56,173 nt of DNA from an uncultured Clostridia bacterium (GCA_944383295.1 CALWOW010000020.1:1-56173); one strand, 5' to 3'; shown: positions 10,359 to 21,658, counted from the first letter of the stretch. The notes: a model not told the origin generated them from the letters alone. Translations and numbers: made by a program.

Positions 10359-13181
10359 ATGCAAGAAAATATTGTTATAAAGGGCGCAAGAGAAAATAAT
10401 TTAAAAGATGTCAACTTAACCATTCCAAGAAATAAACTTGTAGTATTTACAGGTGTAAGCGGAAGTGGTAAATCTACTCTTGCTTTTGATACCATTTATG
10501 CAGAAGGTCAACGTAGGTACGTAGAGTCACTTTCTAGTTATGCTAGACAGTTTTTGGGTCAAATGCAAAAACCCGATGTTGATAGTATCGAGGGATTAAG
10601 TCCTGCTATTAGTATTGACCAGAAAACGACCAATAATAATCCACGTTCTACAGTCGGTACGGTGACTGAAATTTATGACTATTTGAGATTACTTTTTGCT
10701 CGAGTTGGTATTCCGCATTGTCCAAAATGTCATAGACCCATAGCGAAGCAAACTGTGGACCAAATGATAGATAAATTAAAAGAAGAATTGCCAAATGGTG
10801 AAAAAATTATGGTATTAGCACCTGTTGTGCGTGGGCAAAAGGGTGAACATACCAAAGTTTTAGATAGTATTCGAAGAAGTGGTTTTTCTCGTGTTGATAT
10901 AGATGGGAATATTTATACTTTAGATGAAGAAATCTCTCTTGATAAAAACAAAAAGCATTCGATTTCGGTTGTCGTAGATAGAATTATTATGAAAGACGAT
11001 ATTGAGAAACGATTGACCGAAAGTGTAGAAACTGCATTAAAAACAGCAAATGGATTAGTCGTTGTAGTTACACCAGAAAAACAATTTGTTTTCAGTAATC
11101 AATTTGCTTGTCAGCACTGTGGTATAGGAATTGAGGAAATAACTCCTAGATTATTTAGTTTTAATAATCCATTCGGTGCGTGTCCAGAGTGTCATGGTTT
11201 AGGGTTTACTAGTGAGATTGACCCTGATTTGATAGTAAAAGATAAGACTAAATCTATTCACGAGGGTGCAATCAATGTATCAGGTTGGAATTTGGATACA
11301 GGTCTATTCTCTAAAAGTTATTTTGAAGCATTAAGCAATAAATATCACTTTAGTCTTGATGTCCCTTTTAAAGATTTGCCAAAAGAAATTGTAGATATTC
11401 TTTTCTATGGTAATTGCGGTGAAGAGCTTGATATAGAATGGAATACTCGTCGCTTTACAGGAAACACTCGTGGCTCTTTTGAGGGTATAATACCTAATTT
11501 AGAGCGAAGATATAGGGAAACAACAAGTGAATATATCAAAGGCGAAATATCAAAATTTATGCGTGATAAACCTTGCAAGTTATGTCACGGTGAACGCTTG
11601 CGTGATGTTGCTCTCGCTGTAACCATTTTTGATAAAAACATTACTCAATTATGTAATTTAAGTATAGATGAATTGTATGAATTTTTTGAGAATAATGAAT
11701 TTAGTGAAGCCGAAAACATGATTGCCTCTCAAATCGTTAAAGAAATAAAGGCAAGATTAAATTTTTTACGAGATGTAGGATTAAATTATTTGACTTTGTC
11801 TCGTAGTGCTGGGAGTTTGAGTGGTGGAGAATCACAACGCATTCGTTTGGCAACTCAAATTGGTAGTGGATTAACAGGGGTTATCTATATATTAGATGAA
11901 CCAAGTATTGGGCTACATCAAAGAGATAATGATAAATTAATTGCTACATTAAAACATTTACGAGATTTAGGTAACACATTGATAGTTGTAGAACACGATG
12001 AAGATACAATGCGTGCTGCGGATTATTTGGTAGATATTGGACCTTTTGCTGGAAGAAATGGAGGAACGCTGGTCGCAAGTGGGACTTTAGAGGATATAGA
12101 AAACAATTCCAACTCAATAACAGGGAAGTATTTAAGTGGTGAATTGCGAGTTGATATTCCAAAAGAGCGCAGAAAGGGTACAGGAAACTTTATTAAAGTA
12201 ATAGGAGCAACTGAAAATAACCTTAAAAATATTAATGTTGATTTCCCTCTTGGCGTGTTTACTTGTGTTACAGGTGTAAGTGGTAGCGGTAAAAGTAGTT
12301 TGATTACTGATATTTTATACCCTGCATTGTCAAATAGATTAAATGGTAGTACAATGGCAGAGGGACGTTATGAAAAAATTGAAGGCTTGCAAAATGTTGA
12401 TAAAGTTATCGCAATAGACCAAAGCCCTATTGGTCGAACTCCTAGGTCAAATCCTGCTACCTACACAGGAGTCTTTACACAAATCCGTGAGTTGTTTGCA
12501 TCAACTCCTGATGCAAAAGAACGTGGCTATTTGCCTGGAAGATTTAGTTTTAATGTGTCAGGTGGGCGCTGTGAAGCATGCTGTGGTGATGGTATCAAGA
12601 AAATTGAAATGTATTTTTTACCAGATGTTTATGTGCCTTGCGAAGTATGTAAGGGAAGAAGATATAATCGAGAAACACTTGAAGTTAAGTACAAAGGCAA
12701 AAGTATTTACGATGTTTTAGAAATGACAGTTGAAGAAGCACTTACATTTTTCGAAAATCAGTCACAGATTAGAACAAAAATACAAGCCCTTTATGATGTT
12801 GGTTTAGGGTATATCAAGTTGGGACAATCTGCAACAACTTTGAGTGGTGGGGAAGCCCAGCGTGTTAAATTAGCCACCGAATTATCTAAAAAAAGCACAG
12901 GTAAAACTGTTTATATTCTTGATGAACCAACAACAGGATTGCATATCTACGACGTTGATAAATTGATAAAAATTATTCATAGACTTGTCGATGCCGGTAA
13001 TACAGCGATAGTAATTGAGCATAACCTTGATGTAATTAAAGTAGCCGATTATATTATTGATATAGGACCAGAAGGCGGTAGCGGTGGTGGACAAGTAATT
13101 GCAAAAGGTACTCCAGAACAAATTGCTAAATCAAAAGTTAGTCATACAGGTAGATTTTTGGCAAAAATTTTAAACAAATAA
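10359..13181 (+). CDS. uvrA: Excinuclease ABC subunit A
   Basis: Two GVSGSGKS Walker A motifs, two LSGGE signatures, CxxC zinc fingers. Confidence 0.98.
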   Translation: MQENIVIKGARENNLKDVNLTIPRNKLVVFTGVSGSGKSTLAFDTIYAEGQRRYVESLSSYARQFLGQMQKPDVDSIEGLSPAISIDQKTTNNNPRSTVGTVTEIYDYLRLLFARVGIPHCPKCHRPIAKQTVDQMIDKLKEELPNGEKIMVLAPVVRGQKGEHTKVLDSIRRSGFSRVDIDGNIYTLDEEISLDKNKKHSISVVVDRIIMKDDIEKRLTESVETALKTANGLVVVVTPEKQFVFSNQFACQHCGIGIEEITPRLFSFNNPFGACPECHGLGFTSEIDPDLIVKDKTKSIHEGAINVSGWNLDTGLFSKSYFEALSNKYHFSLDVPFKDLPKEIVDILFYGNCGEELDIEWNTRRFTGNTRGSFEGIIPNLERRYRETTSEYIKGEISKFMRDKPCKLCHGERLRDVALAVTIFDKNITQLCNLSIDELYEFFENNEFSEAENMIASQIVKEIKARLNFLRDVGLNYLTLSRSAGSLSGGESQRIRLATQIGSGLTGVIYILDEPSIGLHQRDNDKLIATLKHLRDLGNTLIVVEHDEDTMRAADYLVDIGPFAGRNGGTLVASGTLEDIENNSNSITGKYLSGELRVDIPKERRKGTGNFIKVIGATENNLKNINVDFPLGVFTCVTGVSGSGKSSLITDILYPALSNRLNGSTMAEGRYEKIEGLQNVDKVIAIDQSPIGRTPRSNPATYTGVFTQIRELFASTPDAKERGYLPGRFSFNVSGGRCEACCGDGIKKIEMYFLPDVYVPCEVCKGRRYNRETLEVKYKGKSIYDVLEMTVEEALTFFENQSQIRTKIQALYDVGLGYIKLGQSATTLSGGEAQRVKLATELSKKSTGKTVYILDEPTTGLHIYDVDKLIKIIHRLVDAGNTAIVIEHNLDVIKVADYIIDIGPEGGSGGGQVIAKGTPEQIAKSKVSHTGRFLAKILNK

Positions 13182-13277
13182 ATCATACTTTTTTAGAAAT
13201 TTAATTTATATAAAAAAATTAAAGTTATATATAATTGCTTTTGAAAAACAAAGGGTAACAATATTAGGAGAATAAAT

Positions 13278-14078
13278 ATGACAATTGAAGAAATTGCAAG
13301 AATTATTAAAGCTAATCCCACAAATAACTTTATTTTCAATAATTTAGATACAAATACGAAGGATATTGTAATAGATTTACTCCTTGAAGTAGATCCAAAT
13401 GATTTTAAAGAACTTAACAGTGATGGCAAGTTCGAATTTTCTAGTTTACCAATTCCTTATGAAAAATTAGAAACGAAATCTGACCCTGAACATAATCTAA
13501 CATTCTCACATAGTCTTATAATAAAAATGCAAGAATTATTAAATAAAATAAATAGTCAAAATGAAAACTATGAATATCCTGCATTGTTTTTTCGCACTGA
13601 AAGTTACGATGAAAAATATAATAACGGGAAAAGTATGAGTAATAATTTGCATAAAACTAATTGTAGTTATGATTGGTTAGAAATAAAAAGATTACTTTCT
13701 AAAGTAAAAGATGGAAATGAAAAGAATTTTACAATTGCATTATTTCACACACATCCAAACCTTTTTGGAGAAAAATATGGGACTTTGTTTGAAAAGTATG
13801 AAAAACAATTTACTAAATTAGGCATAAAACCAAATGGGTTAAATATTTCACTTTCGGATATTTATGCAAATATGTATTTGGATAATATGTTAAAAGAAAA
13901 TCATTTACCGCAGATAGCAGAATCTATCATTTTAATGCATGATGGTCGTGTAATTTCATTTGTTACTAATAATGGAATAAATATTACCGAAAATAATACC
14001 CTAGAAAATATTGCTAAACAAACAGAGCAAAGAAAATTATCTAAAGACACTACAAATATAACTAGCATAACAAAATAG
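13278..14078 (+). CDS. Hypothetical protein with JAB/MPN+ (JAMM)-like metal-binding motif
   Basis: E..ALFHTHP...SLSD; AGGAG RBS. Confidence 0.55.
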   Translation: MTIEEIARIIKANPTNNFIFNNLDTNTKDIVIDLLLEVDPNDFKELNSDGKFEFSSLPIPYEKLETKSDPEHNLTFSHSLIIKMQELLNKINSQNENYEYPALFFRTESYDEKYNNGKSMSNNLHKTNCSYDWLEIKRLLSKVKDGNEKNFTIALFHTHPNLFGEKYGTLFEKYEKQFTKLGIKPNGLNISLSDIYANMYLDNMLKENHLPQIAESIILMHDGRVISFVTNNGINITENNTLENIAKQTEQRKLSKDTTNITSITK

Positions 14079-14340
14079 GGAACTAAAAAATTTTTATTTG
14101 TTAAAAAGAAAATTTTTAATTTATTTATAGATTGCTCAAATAAATAAACAAAAAGTTATTTTGTTGTATGCAAATCCATATTGAACTAATTATTAAAAAA
14201 TCTAAATAGTTAATATCAATTAGTAATAATTATGTGTATTTTTATTATTAAAAAAGGAAATTACTTTAAAAGCAAGTTCCTTTTTTGTTTAAGTTTACTA
14301 GCGAAAAATCGCTTTTACATTAGTCTATTATTTTAAATAT

Positions 14341-14392
14341 AATGAAAAAGGAACTTTACTGTTTGTGTATAGTAATTGTTCCTTTTTTCATT
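14341..14392. terminator. Probable terminator hairpin between convergent genes; a second similar hairpin lies at ~14250-14287
   Basis: AATGAAAAAGGAAC ... GTTCCTTTTTTCATT inverted repeat. Confidence 0.5.
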
Positions 14393-14426
14393 TTAAATAT
14401 TAAAAATACTTTAATTTTTTAGTTTG

Positions 14427-17400
14427 TTATTTTCTATCTTTTAAGTTTTTGTTTTGAATTTTTTGCTGTTTATCACGCATTGCTATATCTTTTTTAGATT
14501 GTTGATTAATGCGGTCACGTTCATCTTCAAGAATTTTGATATCCAATTCAATTTGTTCAATTTTATCTTGTTGAATTTCGATAGATTTTTGAATTTGTTT
14601 AACATCTGGCAATTCTAATTCAACTGTTGGGTTGTCTTGCGCAATTTCTTTTGCAGTATTGTATGCTTCAGTTTGTCGTGCAAGTTCTTCAGATTCTTGT
14701 TGCAAGAATTGTTTTGATTGCGCTAATTCTTCGTGTAATAATTTAATCTTGTGATTAATTGCGGTCTTGCGTTCACGACGGTCAACATCTTTGAGTAAAG
14801 TTTGTAAACGGTCGTAATTATTGTTAATTTTATCAGTTTTTCTTGGCATAGCACGATAGAATTTTTTAACAAAGAAGCCCACAACGGCAAAGATAACAGC
14901 AATGGCAATTATAACAGTTGGGATAGCAAACCAGTCCATATTGTTATAAACATTTCCAGCATCTTCTTCATCTTCAGGGACATTTGTAGCCATTAAAATA
15001 TTGTTAGGAAGATTATTTTCATCTAAAGTAGCAGTTTGACTTTTGTAAGCATCTTCTTCAAGAGAAGTTACGGTTAAGTTAGCAAAGAAGGCATAACCAG
15101 ATGTGTACATAGTAGTATTTCCTAAACCAAGTTTGATAACTCCATCAACATCGCTTGTTGTGTTGATATACATAATATATTCAGTCCAAACATTGTTTAC
15201 ATCGTTAAACTGGTCAACCAAATTAGTAGAGGTTAAATCTTTTCCTGTATTAATGCCTGTAAAACTTTTGTCAATCCCTTCAATTTCAATGCTTGCACCG
15301 TGTACAACAGGAACACCGTTGTCATCATATTCGCCTTCGACATCCTCTTGAATTCCAACAGTTCTTACCCAAACACTAATTTTGTAGTAAGTGCCAGAAG
15401 TAAATTTATAACTTAAATCACTTGAGTAATAGTAATAAGATGGGGTATTAGCAAATATATACATAACCGTATTGTTGTCGCTTGATGGGGCAGTAGGGTT
15501 TGCAACAAAATAGTCCTCATAATCACGCACATCCATTATACCGCTGGAAATATCGTTTGTGTTTGTTTGTGAGATGTTGTTAGCAGTCCATAAAGTAGGG
15601 CTTCCGTTTTCATCCGCAGACATTAAAGAATTTGTTTCCAAATCAACTTTAATAATTTTATCGCTTGCGGTTATTTCATTGAAAACATCTTCCGTAATTT
15701 GTGTATCTATTGTGCAGTTATCGAAGAATGCAATACCATAAGCTGTTTGAGCTTCTTCTCCGAGAGACAATTCGGCAGTTAAGTCTTGAGCGAGGTAATA
15801 ATTATGCAAATAAATTTTATAAGTTTGCCATTGATTGTTAGTGTTTGAAATTTTTATATTTGCAAGTACTGTATTATTTGAATTTTTAATTTTGATATAT
15901 GCATATCCATTTGCGTTCAAATCTCTTACATATGTTTCAACACTAATTAAGGCATAACCATCAGCAGCTAAATTTGTGCTAGCGCTAGTGTAACCTTGAT
16001 AAGTAACATTTTGATTGTTAATCATTAAAACATTGTCAGAGAAATTTCCGTCTGCTTTAGCTGGACGAGGGAAAGTAAATCCTGAATTTTTCCAAATATT
16101 TTCTTCAATATTTACCACGCCACTTTGTCCTGTAGCATTTTCATTTAATTTTGTCCAACTTTGAGGTTCGTAAGGGTAGTTGCCATCTGCTTCAGTGACA
16201 TTAATAAAATTAAATGTACCATTTGTAAATGTTAAACTACTTGCTTCATACATTTGTAAAGTAGCAGAATTTGCTGTGCTGTTTTCTTTATGTGCACTAG
16301 TAACTTTTTCAGTTTTTATTCCTGTAACAGCGATATAACCTGTAGCATCTGCGGTGTCAGAGCCTATGCCTAAATGTAAGTTTACTGTCGAGTCAAACAA
16401 TGGATTACCAACCACATACAAAGTGTAAAGCGCCCAATTATTGTTTAATTCAATTGCGTCAGTTGCTAGGGTAGAAATCGTAGCAGATACAGGAGTTTCT
16501 TCCAAAACAGTTTCATCAGGTAAATTGCCATCAATAGTAAAGTTTATGTTGCCTGTGCTAATTTCACCTTTTGCCCAGAAAGTAATTTTATATAAACCAG
16601 ATTGTTTAATTTCAATATCATTTGATTTGATTGAATTATAACCACTATCTGCACTAATTATTGCACCTTGTTTATTTCCTCGTTGGTTATCTCCGATAAT
16701 TACATTAGTGCCGTTAATATTTAGTTGATTATTTAAGTTTGCTATATAAACCGATTGTGCGTTTTTACTTGCTTCTTGTGTCCAGCCATTTGTAAGAGGT
16801 GATGTAAAGTCACCATTTTCTACGAAGCCATCACCCAAAGTAACATAACTAGGGCGCAAGTCAACTAAAGTTTTAAAATAACCAGAGTTACTTGAAGCAT
16901 CAAAATTATCTCCAGAATGTCTAGTAATGGTAATGTTATCGAATAAAACGAAACCGATACTACCACTTTCTGCACCTTTTTCACCGATAAATAATTCAAG
17001 TCCTACATTTATAGTTTTTTCACTACCGGTAGCAATATAGATAACAACTTGTTGCCAGCCATTTGTATTAATTCCAGTTATAGCACTTGAAGACAAGTTT
17101 TCTACATCATCGCCGGTCAAATAAATACTAGCATGTGCATTAGTGCTTGTGTAAACATAAGCTTGTATAGAATAGAAGCTATTAGGGTCAAGTTCAAAGT
17201 CTGAACTGCTTGCATAACCATAGTTTAAAGAAGCAGTTTTACTGCCATTGTTACCACTGTTAATCATTAAAACATATTGTTCAGTAGCACCTTGTCTTTG
17301 AGGTGGTTGGTCAGTAAAATCACCTAATTTATAATCTTCTATATAATGGTCTTTATAGATAGATGGAGTTAAATCTATAACACCACTTGCTTCTGGAACT

Positions 17401-17660
17401 ACAGTAGTATTAGAGTCCCAAACGCTCCAACCTGAAGGAGTACGAGGGAAAGATGTTCCGCTTGTAGAATTAAATGTGTTGTTAGTTAATTTTGAAGTAA
17501 CATCAACTACAGAAACTTTTCCTGAGCTATCAGCAGATACGTTTGATTTTTGTTGAGAGTTAAAACCAGCCAAAAACCAAGCATTTTGCATAAAAATAAA
17601 AGATAGCACCAAAAGAATAGTTAAAATAAAAGTTTTTGCTGAGAAAAAATTTTTAGTCAT
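14427..17660 (-). CDS. Large membrane-anchored protein with tandem carbohydrate-binding-module-like (CBM4/9-like) domains and cytoplasmic coiled coil
   Basis: Signal peptide; repeated NG.F..W / Y.I..W / W..Y..Y / FDN beta-sandwich motifs; TM WFAIPTVIIAIAVIFAVVGFFV; heptad-rich C-terminus. Confidence 0.65.
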   Translation of the reverse strand: MTKNFFSAKTFILTILLVLSFIFMQNAWFLAGFNSQQKSNVSADSSGKVSVVDVTSKLTNNTFNSTSGTSFPRTPSGWSVWDSNTTVVPEASGVIDLTPSIYKDHYIEDYKLGDFTDQPPQRQGATEQYVLMINSGNNGSKTASLNYGYASSSDFELDPNSFYSIQAYVYTSTNAHASIYLTGDDVENLSSSAITGINTNGWQQVVIYIATGSEKTINVGLELFIGEKGAESGSIGFVLFDNITITRHSGDNFDASSNSGYFKTLVDLRPSYVTLGDGFVENGDFTSPLTNGWTQEASKNAQSVYIANLNNQLNINGTNVIIGDNQRGNKQGAIISADSGYNSIKSNDIEIKQSGLYKITFWAKGEISTGNINFTIDGNLPDETVLEETPVSATISTLATDAIELNNNWALYTLYVVGNPLFDSTVNLHLGIGSDTADATGYIAVTGIKTEKVTSAHKENSTANSATLQMYEASSLTFTNGTFNFINVTEADGNYPYEPQSWTKLNENATGQSGVVNIEENIWKNSGFTFPRPAKADGNFSDNVLMINNQNVTYQGYTSASTNLAADGYALISVETYVRDLNANGYAYIKIKNSNNTVLANIKISNTNNQWQTYKIYLHNYYLAQDLTAELSLGEEAQTAYGIAFFDNCTIDTQITEDVFNEITASDKIIKVDLETNSLMSADENGSPTLWTANNISQTNTNDISSGIMDVRDYEDYFVANPTAPSSDNNTVMYIFANTPSYYYYSSDLSYKFTSGTYYKISVWVRTVGIQEDVEGEYDDNGVPVVHGASIEIEGIDKSFTGINTGKDLTSTNLVDQFNDVNNVWTEYIMYINTTSDVDGVIKLGLGNTTMYTSGYAFFANLTVTSLEEDAYKSQTATLDENNLPNNILMATNVPEDEEDAGNVYNNMDWFAIPTVIIAIAVIFAVVGFFVKKFYRAMPRKTDKINNNYDRLQTLLKDVDRRERKTAINHKIKLLHEELAQSKQFLQQESEELARQTEAYNTAKEIAQDNPTVELELPDVKQIQKSIEIQQDKIEQIELDIKILEDERDRINQQSKKDIAMRDKQQKIQNKNLKDRK

Positions 17661-17807
17661 AATTAATTACCTTTTATATAGATTTAAGCGCATAATTTCG
17701 GCGCATAATATACAACCTATTATATATCATTAAGTTAAATAAAGCAAGTTTTTAAGCATACTTTTGCATAAAGTTTTGCAATATCTTTTGTATTTTGAGG
17801 AGATTTA

Positions 17808-18167
17808 TTGATGACCGCAAAAAAAGTATGGGGTTTGTTATTTGCTGGTGTGTTTATAGGTATTATAAATGGTTTTTTCGGTGGCGGAGGCGGAATGATT
17901 TGCGTACCTGCATTATTATTGATAGGACTATCAAATAAACAGGCTCAAGCAACTGCAATATTAATAATGCTACCGATAAGTATTGCCAGCGCAATAGTAT
18001 ATTATTCAAACGGTTTTGTTGAATGGGATTTAGTGCTTTATACAACGCTCGGCTCTGTTGTGGGCGGTGTGGTAGGAGCATATTTACTAAAAAAACTATC
18101 AAACAATGTTTTACAATATATTTTCGCATTAGTAGTTATCGCTGCGGGAACACGAATGTTATTTTAA
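17808..18167 (+). CDS. TauE/SafE (TSUP) family transporter, half-size subunit
   Basis: G.FGGGGG..VP motif, A.AT, four TM segments. Confidence 0.85.
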   Translation: MMTAKKVWGLLFAGVFIGIINGFFGGGGGMICVPALLLIGLSNKQAQATAILIMLPISIASAIVYYSNGFVEWDLVLYTTLGSVVGGVVGAYLLKKLSNNVLQYIFALVVIAAGTRMLF

Positions 18168-18181
18168 GGGAGGGATAGTCT

Positions 18182-18610
18182 ATGCCGTGGTTTTATTTTT
18201 TAATTGCAGGATTGTGTGGCGGTTTAGTTGGTGGAATGGGTATGGGAGGCGGAACTCTACTAATACCTATATTAACTATGTTTTTGGGAGTTGAACAACA
18301 TTTAGCACAAGCATTAAATTTATTAGTTTTTATCCCAACAGGTATAATTGCCGTGATTATTCACGCAAAAAATAAACTAATAGATTACAAAGTCTTTGGC
18401 ATTATAATAGGGCCAGCTATAGCGACTGCTGTTTGTGCTGCTTTGTTGGTAGGTAAACTCAAAAGTGAGACTTTAGGACTTTTGTTTGGTATCTTCCTTA
18501 TATTAATAGGATTATTTGAAATGTATCTTGCAATAAAAAATTCTATCAAAAACAAAAACAAAATCAAAAAACCTATTTTAAAACATACTTTATATCCGCC
18601 CAAAAAATAA
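18182..18610 (+). CDS. TauE/SafE (TSUP) family transporter, half-size subunit
   Basis: GMGMGGGTLLIP, QH.AQA.NL motifs. Confidence 0.85.
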   Translation: MPWFYFLIAGLCGGLVGGMGMGGGTLLIPILTMFLGVEQHLAQALNLLVFIPTGIIAVIIHAKNKLIDYKVFGIIIGPAIATAVCAALLVGKLKSETLGLLFGIFLILIGLFEMYLAIKNSIKNKNKIKKPILKHTLYPPKK

Positions 18611-18676
18611 ATAAAATATGGACAAGCAATTTTTTGTGTTCACTTTCATATATATTATTTATTAATTTGGAGGTGA

Positions 18677-19384
18677 ATGTTGATAATAGAAACTTTTGTT
18701 GCTTTTATGAACAAAATAATGCTATTTTCATCTTACGTTGACCACGCTTCAAGTTTTCCAAAAACCCTCTCGGCAGAAGAGGAAAAAATGTACATTGAAA
18801 AATTGCAACAAGGTGACCAAAATGCAAAAAGTATTTTAGTTTCGCATAACTTGCGTTTGGTAGCGCATATAGTTAAAAAGTACAGCAACAGTGAAAAAGA
18901 TGCCGATGACTTGATTTCTGTGGGAGCAATAGGTTTGATAAAAGCGATTAATAGTTATTCACCAGACAAGGGGGCTCAACTTTCGACCTATGCTGCAAGA
19001 TGTATTGAAAATGAAATACTTATGTTATTTAGAGCAGGTAAAAAACATCAAGGTAATATATCTTTGGAGGAAACAATAGGAACAGAAAAAGATGGTAATG
19101 AAATTATGCTTGCCGATGTAATTTGCGATATAGATAATGATATTATGGAAAAGGTTGAAAGCAATATTCTTACCGAAAAATTAATAAAGATTATAAAAAA
19201 TTCACTTTCAGATAGAGAATATCAAATACTTTGTATGAGATATGGAATAGGGGGGAAAGTCGCTTATACTCAGCGAGAAGTTGCTAAAAAATTGGGTATA
19301 TCACGCAGTTATATTAGTAGGCTGGAAAAGAAAGCATTGGAAACAGTACGAGAGCAAGTCCACCTTAAAAAATTATTTTTATAA
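18677..19384 (+). CDS. sigK: Sporulation sigma factor SigK (pro-form, uninterrupted)
   Basis: [51 protein letters not shown]; hydrophobic pro-sequence. Confidence 0.9.
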   Translation: MLIIETFVAFMNKIMLFSSYVDHASSFPKTLSAEEEKMYIEKLQQGDQNAKSILVSHNLRLVAHIVKKYSNSEKDADDLISVGAIGLIKAINSYSPDKGAQLSTYAARCIENEILMLFRAGKKHQGNISLEETIGTEKDGNEIMLADVICDIDNDIMEKVESNILTEKLIKIIKNSLSDREYQILCMRYGIGGKVAYTQREVAKKLGISRSYISRLEKKALETVREQVHLKKLFL

Positions 19385-19462
19385 TAAAAATTTTAATAAA
19401 TAGTTTACTTTTTTGCATAAAAGTAGTATATTATACACATAATAATAGAAAGGAGTAAAAAG

Positions 19463-19795
19463 ATGGCTGAAACAAAAAAGAGTTCAAGTACAAAGACAAC
19501 AACTACTTCAAGCAGTAGCAAAAAGTCTTCTTTCTGGGGCTTAAATAAGATTTCATTCTATACAATAGGTGCTGTAGCAATTCTTTACTTAATTAGTTTG
19601 ATTTTATCAGCTTGTAATGTTTCTTCTACAGCAGTTATGGCTCTACAAAACATTGGTACTGCCATAATGGTTGGTATTGTAGCATATCTTGCATGGAAAT
19701 ATGTTCGTTCAAAGCCAACAGTATGGAAAGTGCTTTACTTTGTATTGTTGCTTGTAATTCTTGCAGGTATTATAGTTCCATTAGTAATGGGTTAA
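19463..19795 (+). CDS. Hypothetical membrane protein (3 TM)
   Basis: AAGGAG RBS, three hydrophobic segments, downstream hairpin. Confidence 0.7.
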   Translation: MAETKKSSSTKTTTTSSSSKKSSFWGLNKISFYTIGAVAILYLISLILSACNVSSTAVMALQNIGTAIMVGIVAYLAWKYVRSKPTVWKVLYFVLLLVILAGIIVPLVMG

Positions 19796-19895
19796 TTAAA
19801 AATGCTTCTATTTTAGAGGCATTTTTATTTTTTTGTTTTGAATATAAAAAAATTAAAAAAATTTAAAAATTTTTTAAAATTATGTGTATTTTTAG

Positions 19896-19924
19896 TTGAC
19901 AATGACATAATATAGTAGTAGAAT
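19896..19924 (+). promoter_or_regulatory. Sigma-A promoter of the hrcA operon
   Basis: TTGACA-17 nt-TAGAAT. Confidence 0.8.
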
Positions 19925-19925
19925 A

Positions 19926-19952
19926 TTAGCAATCAACAAGGAAGAGTGCTAA
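19926..19952 (+). promoter_or_regulatory. CIRCE operator (HrcA site)
   Basis: TTAGCAATC-N9-GAGTGCTAA, one mismatch to consensus TTAGCACTC-N9-GAGTGCTAA. Confidence 0.9.
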
Positions 19953-20028
19953 CAATCATAATAATATGAGTGCTAGCAATATGTTGATACTCTTATATGG
20001 GGGTGGTTGTATTTTTGAAGACGAAGTA

Positions 20029-21090
20029 TTGAGTGAAAGGAAAAAACAGATTTTACTTGGTGCAGTTGAAGAATATATACAATGCGCAAGTCCTATTACA
20101 AGTGCGAATGTAAGAAACAAGTTTTGTAATGATTTAAGCACAGCAACTTTGAGAAATGAATTGAATGCATTAGAAGCAATGGGATATTTAAGACAATTAC
20201 ATACATCAAGTGGTAGGGTGCCAACAGCAAAGGGATATAGGTACTTTGTAAATTCAATTATGGGAGATGTTCCGCTTGATAAAAGCATTTTAGAAGAGAT
20301 TCACAAAATCTTTGATAATCGAGCAATTTATTTAGGAGATATGGTAAATGAAATTGCCGATATTGTAAGTAAGGCAACTAATTATCCTGCAGTCGTTATG
20401 TTAAAGGGTTTTGATAAATTAACAATAAAAAATGTTAAGATTGTACCTCTTATGACTGGTCAGGCATTAATTTTGATAGAAACAAATAGCGGTATTATAA
20501 ATAACTTTATGCCAGCCAACGCAGATATGCCAACTCAAACGTATGTTGACGCAAGTAATTTTTTAACAACAACATTTGCAGAGCATACGGTTGCGGATAT
20601 GATACAAAATATAGAAAATTATCGTGTACAAATGGGAAATGAATTGCTAGATTATGTTAGTATTTTTGATACTATGATAAACTCATTAAAAGAGTTAAGC
20701 GACAAAATAGCCTCATCTGGTGGTGTGACCGCAAGAGGCGAGTTAAGATTGCTTAATAGCCCAGAATATCAGGATTTGGATAAAGCAAAACGAGTGATAG
20801 ATGTCTTAACAAATCCTTCCGAGTTGGAGCAAATTTTTGAAGATGAAAATGATGAGGAAATTAGTTTTAAAATAGGCGCAGAAATACCAGTTGCTGAATT
20901 ACAAGACTGCGCAGTTGCTCGTGCAGATTATACAGTTGATGGCGAAAGTATTGCGAGTATAGGTATAATCGGGCCACAACGTATGGATTATGCGAAGATA
21001 GCGAGTGCATTAAAGTTTGTTGTAGGAGAATTTGCAAATTTAAAAGCATTGGACACAACCCAAAAAGGAGAAGACAATGATGACAAATAA
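20029..21090 (+). CDS. hrcA: Heat-inducible transcription repressor HrcA (start uncertain; TTG 20029 preferred)
   Basis: LSERKKQIL, ATLRNEL..LE..GYL.Q.HTSSGRVPT.KGYR, GIIGPQRMDY. Confidence 0.95.
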   Translation: MSERKKQILLGAVEEYIQCASPITSANVRNKFCNDLSTATLRNELNALEAMGYLRQLHTSSGRVPTAKGYRYFVNSIMGDVPLDKSILEEIHKIFDNRAIYLGDMVNEIADIVSKATNYPAVVMLKGFDKLTIKNVKIVPLMTGQALILIETNSGIINNFMPANADMPTQTYVDASNFLTTTFAEHTVADMIQNIENYRVQMGNELLDYVSIFDTMINSLKELSDKIASSGGVTARGELRLLNSPEYQDLDKAKRVIDVLTNPSELEQIFEDENDEEISFKIGAEIPVAELQDCAVARADYTVDGESIASIGIIGPQRMDYAKIASALKFVVGEFANLKALDTTQKGEDNDDK

Positions 21091-21658
21091 AGATAAGAAG
21101 GAAAAAGATAAAGATAATATTACTGACGAAGAAAAAAAAGAAAACGTCAATTTTGGTCAAAATGATGACCTGGTAGCGGGGGAGCAGTTTGGCGACGATT
21201 TATCGCCACCTGAGGATTTGAACTTAAAACTTCAAATAGAAAAAGAAAATAGTATAGCATTAACAAAAATGCTACAGCAGTTGCAAGCGGATTTCTCAAA
21301 TTATCGCAAACGCAACGCAAATTTGGCAACTGAGTCGAAGCAAAAAGGAATTTACGATGCGGTAAATGCTTTATTGCCAACATTAGATGCATTAATGTCG
21401 GCTAGTAAACATATAGCTGACCAAGACACTCTAAAAGGACTAAAAATGGTCGAAAAAGAGTTCTTGAACAGTTTAAAATCTTTGGATATTGAGCAAATTG
21501 AAACCATAGGTTGTCAGTATGACCCTAATTTGCATAATGTAATAGTTGCAGAGGAGTGCGAGGGCGTTCCTAGTGGGCAAATCATCGAAGAAATCAAGCC
21601 GGGATTTAAAAGCCCAACAGGGATTGTCCGAGTTGCTATGGTTAAAATTGCAAAATAA
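21077..21658 (+). CDS. grpE: Nucleotide exchange factor GrpE
   Basis: QADF.NYRKR, LLP.LD, YDPNLH, R.AMV motifs; operon position. Confidence 0.93.
   Translation: MMTNKDKKEKDKDNITDEEKKENVNFGQNDDLVAGEQFGDDLSPPEDLNLKLQIEKENSIALTKMLQQLQADFSNYRKRNANLATESKQKGIYDAVNALLPTLDALMSASKHIADQDTLKGLKMVEKEFLNSLKSLDIEQIETIGCQYDPNLHNVIVAEECEGVPSGQIIEEIKPGFKSPTGIVRVAMVKIAK

Noticed and set aside
17808-18610. Split TauE gene as a pseudogene
   Set aside because: Each half has its own RBS and start; paired half-size TSUP genes are a normal arrangement in Clostridia
18677-19384. Possible skin-type element interrupting sigK
   Set aside because: The ORF is continuous and full length; no recombinase is nearby
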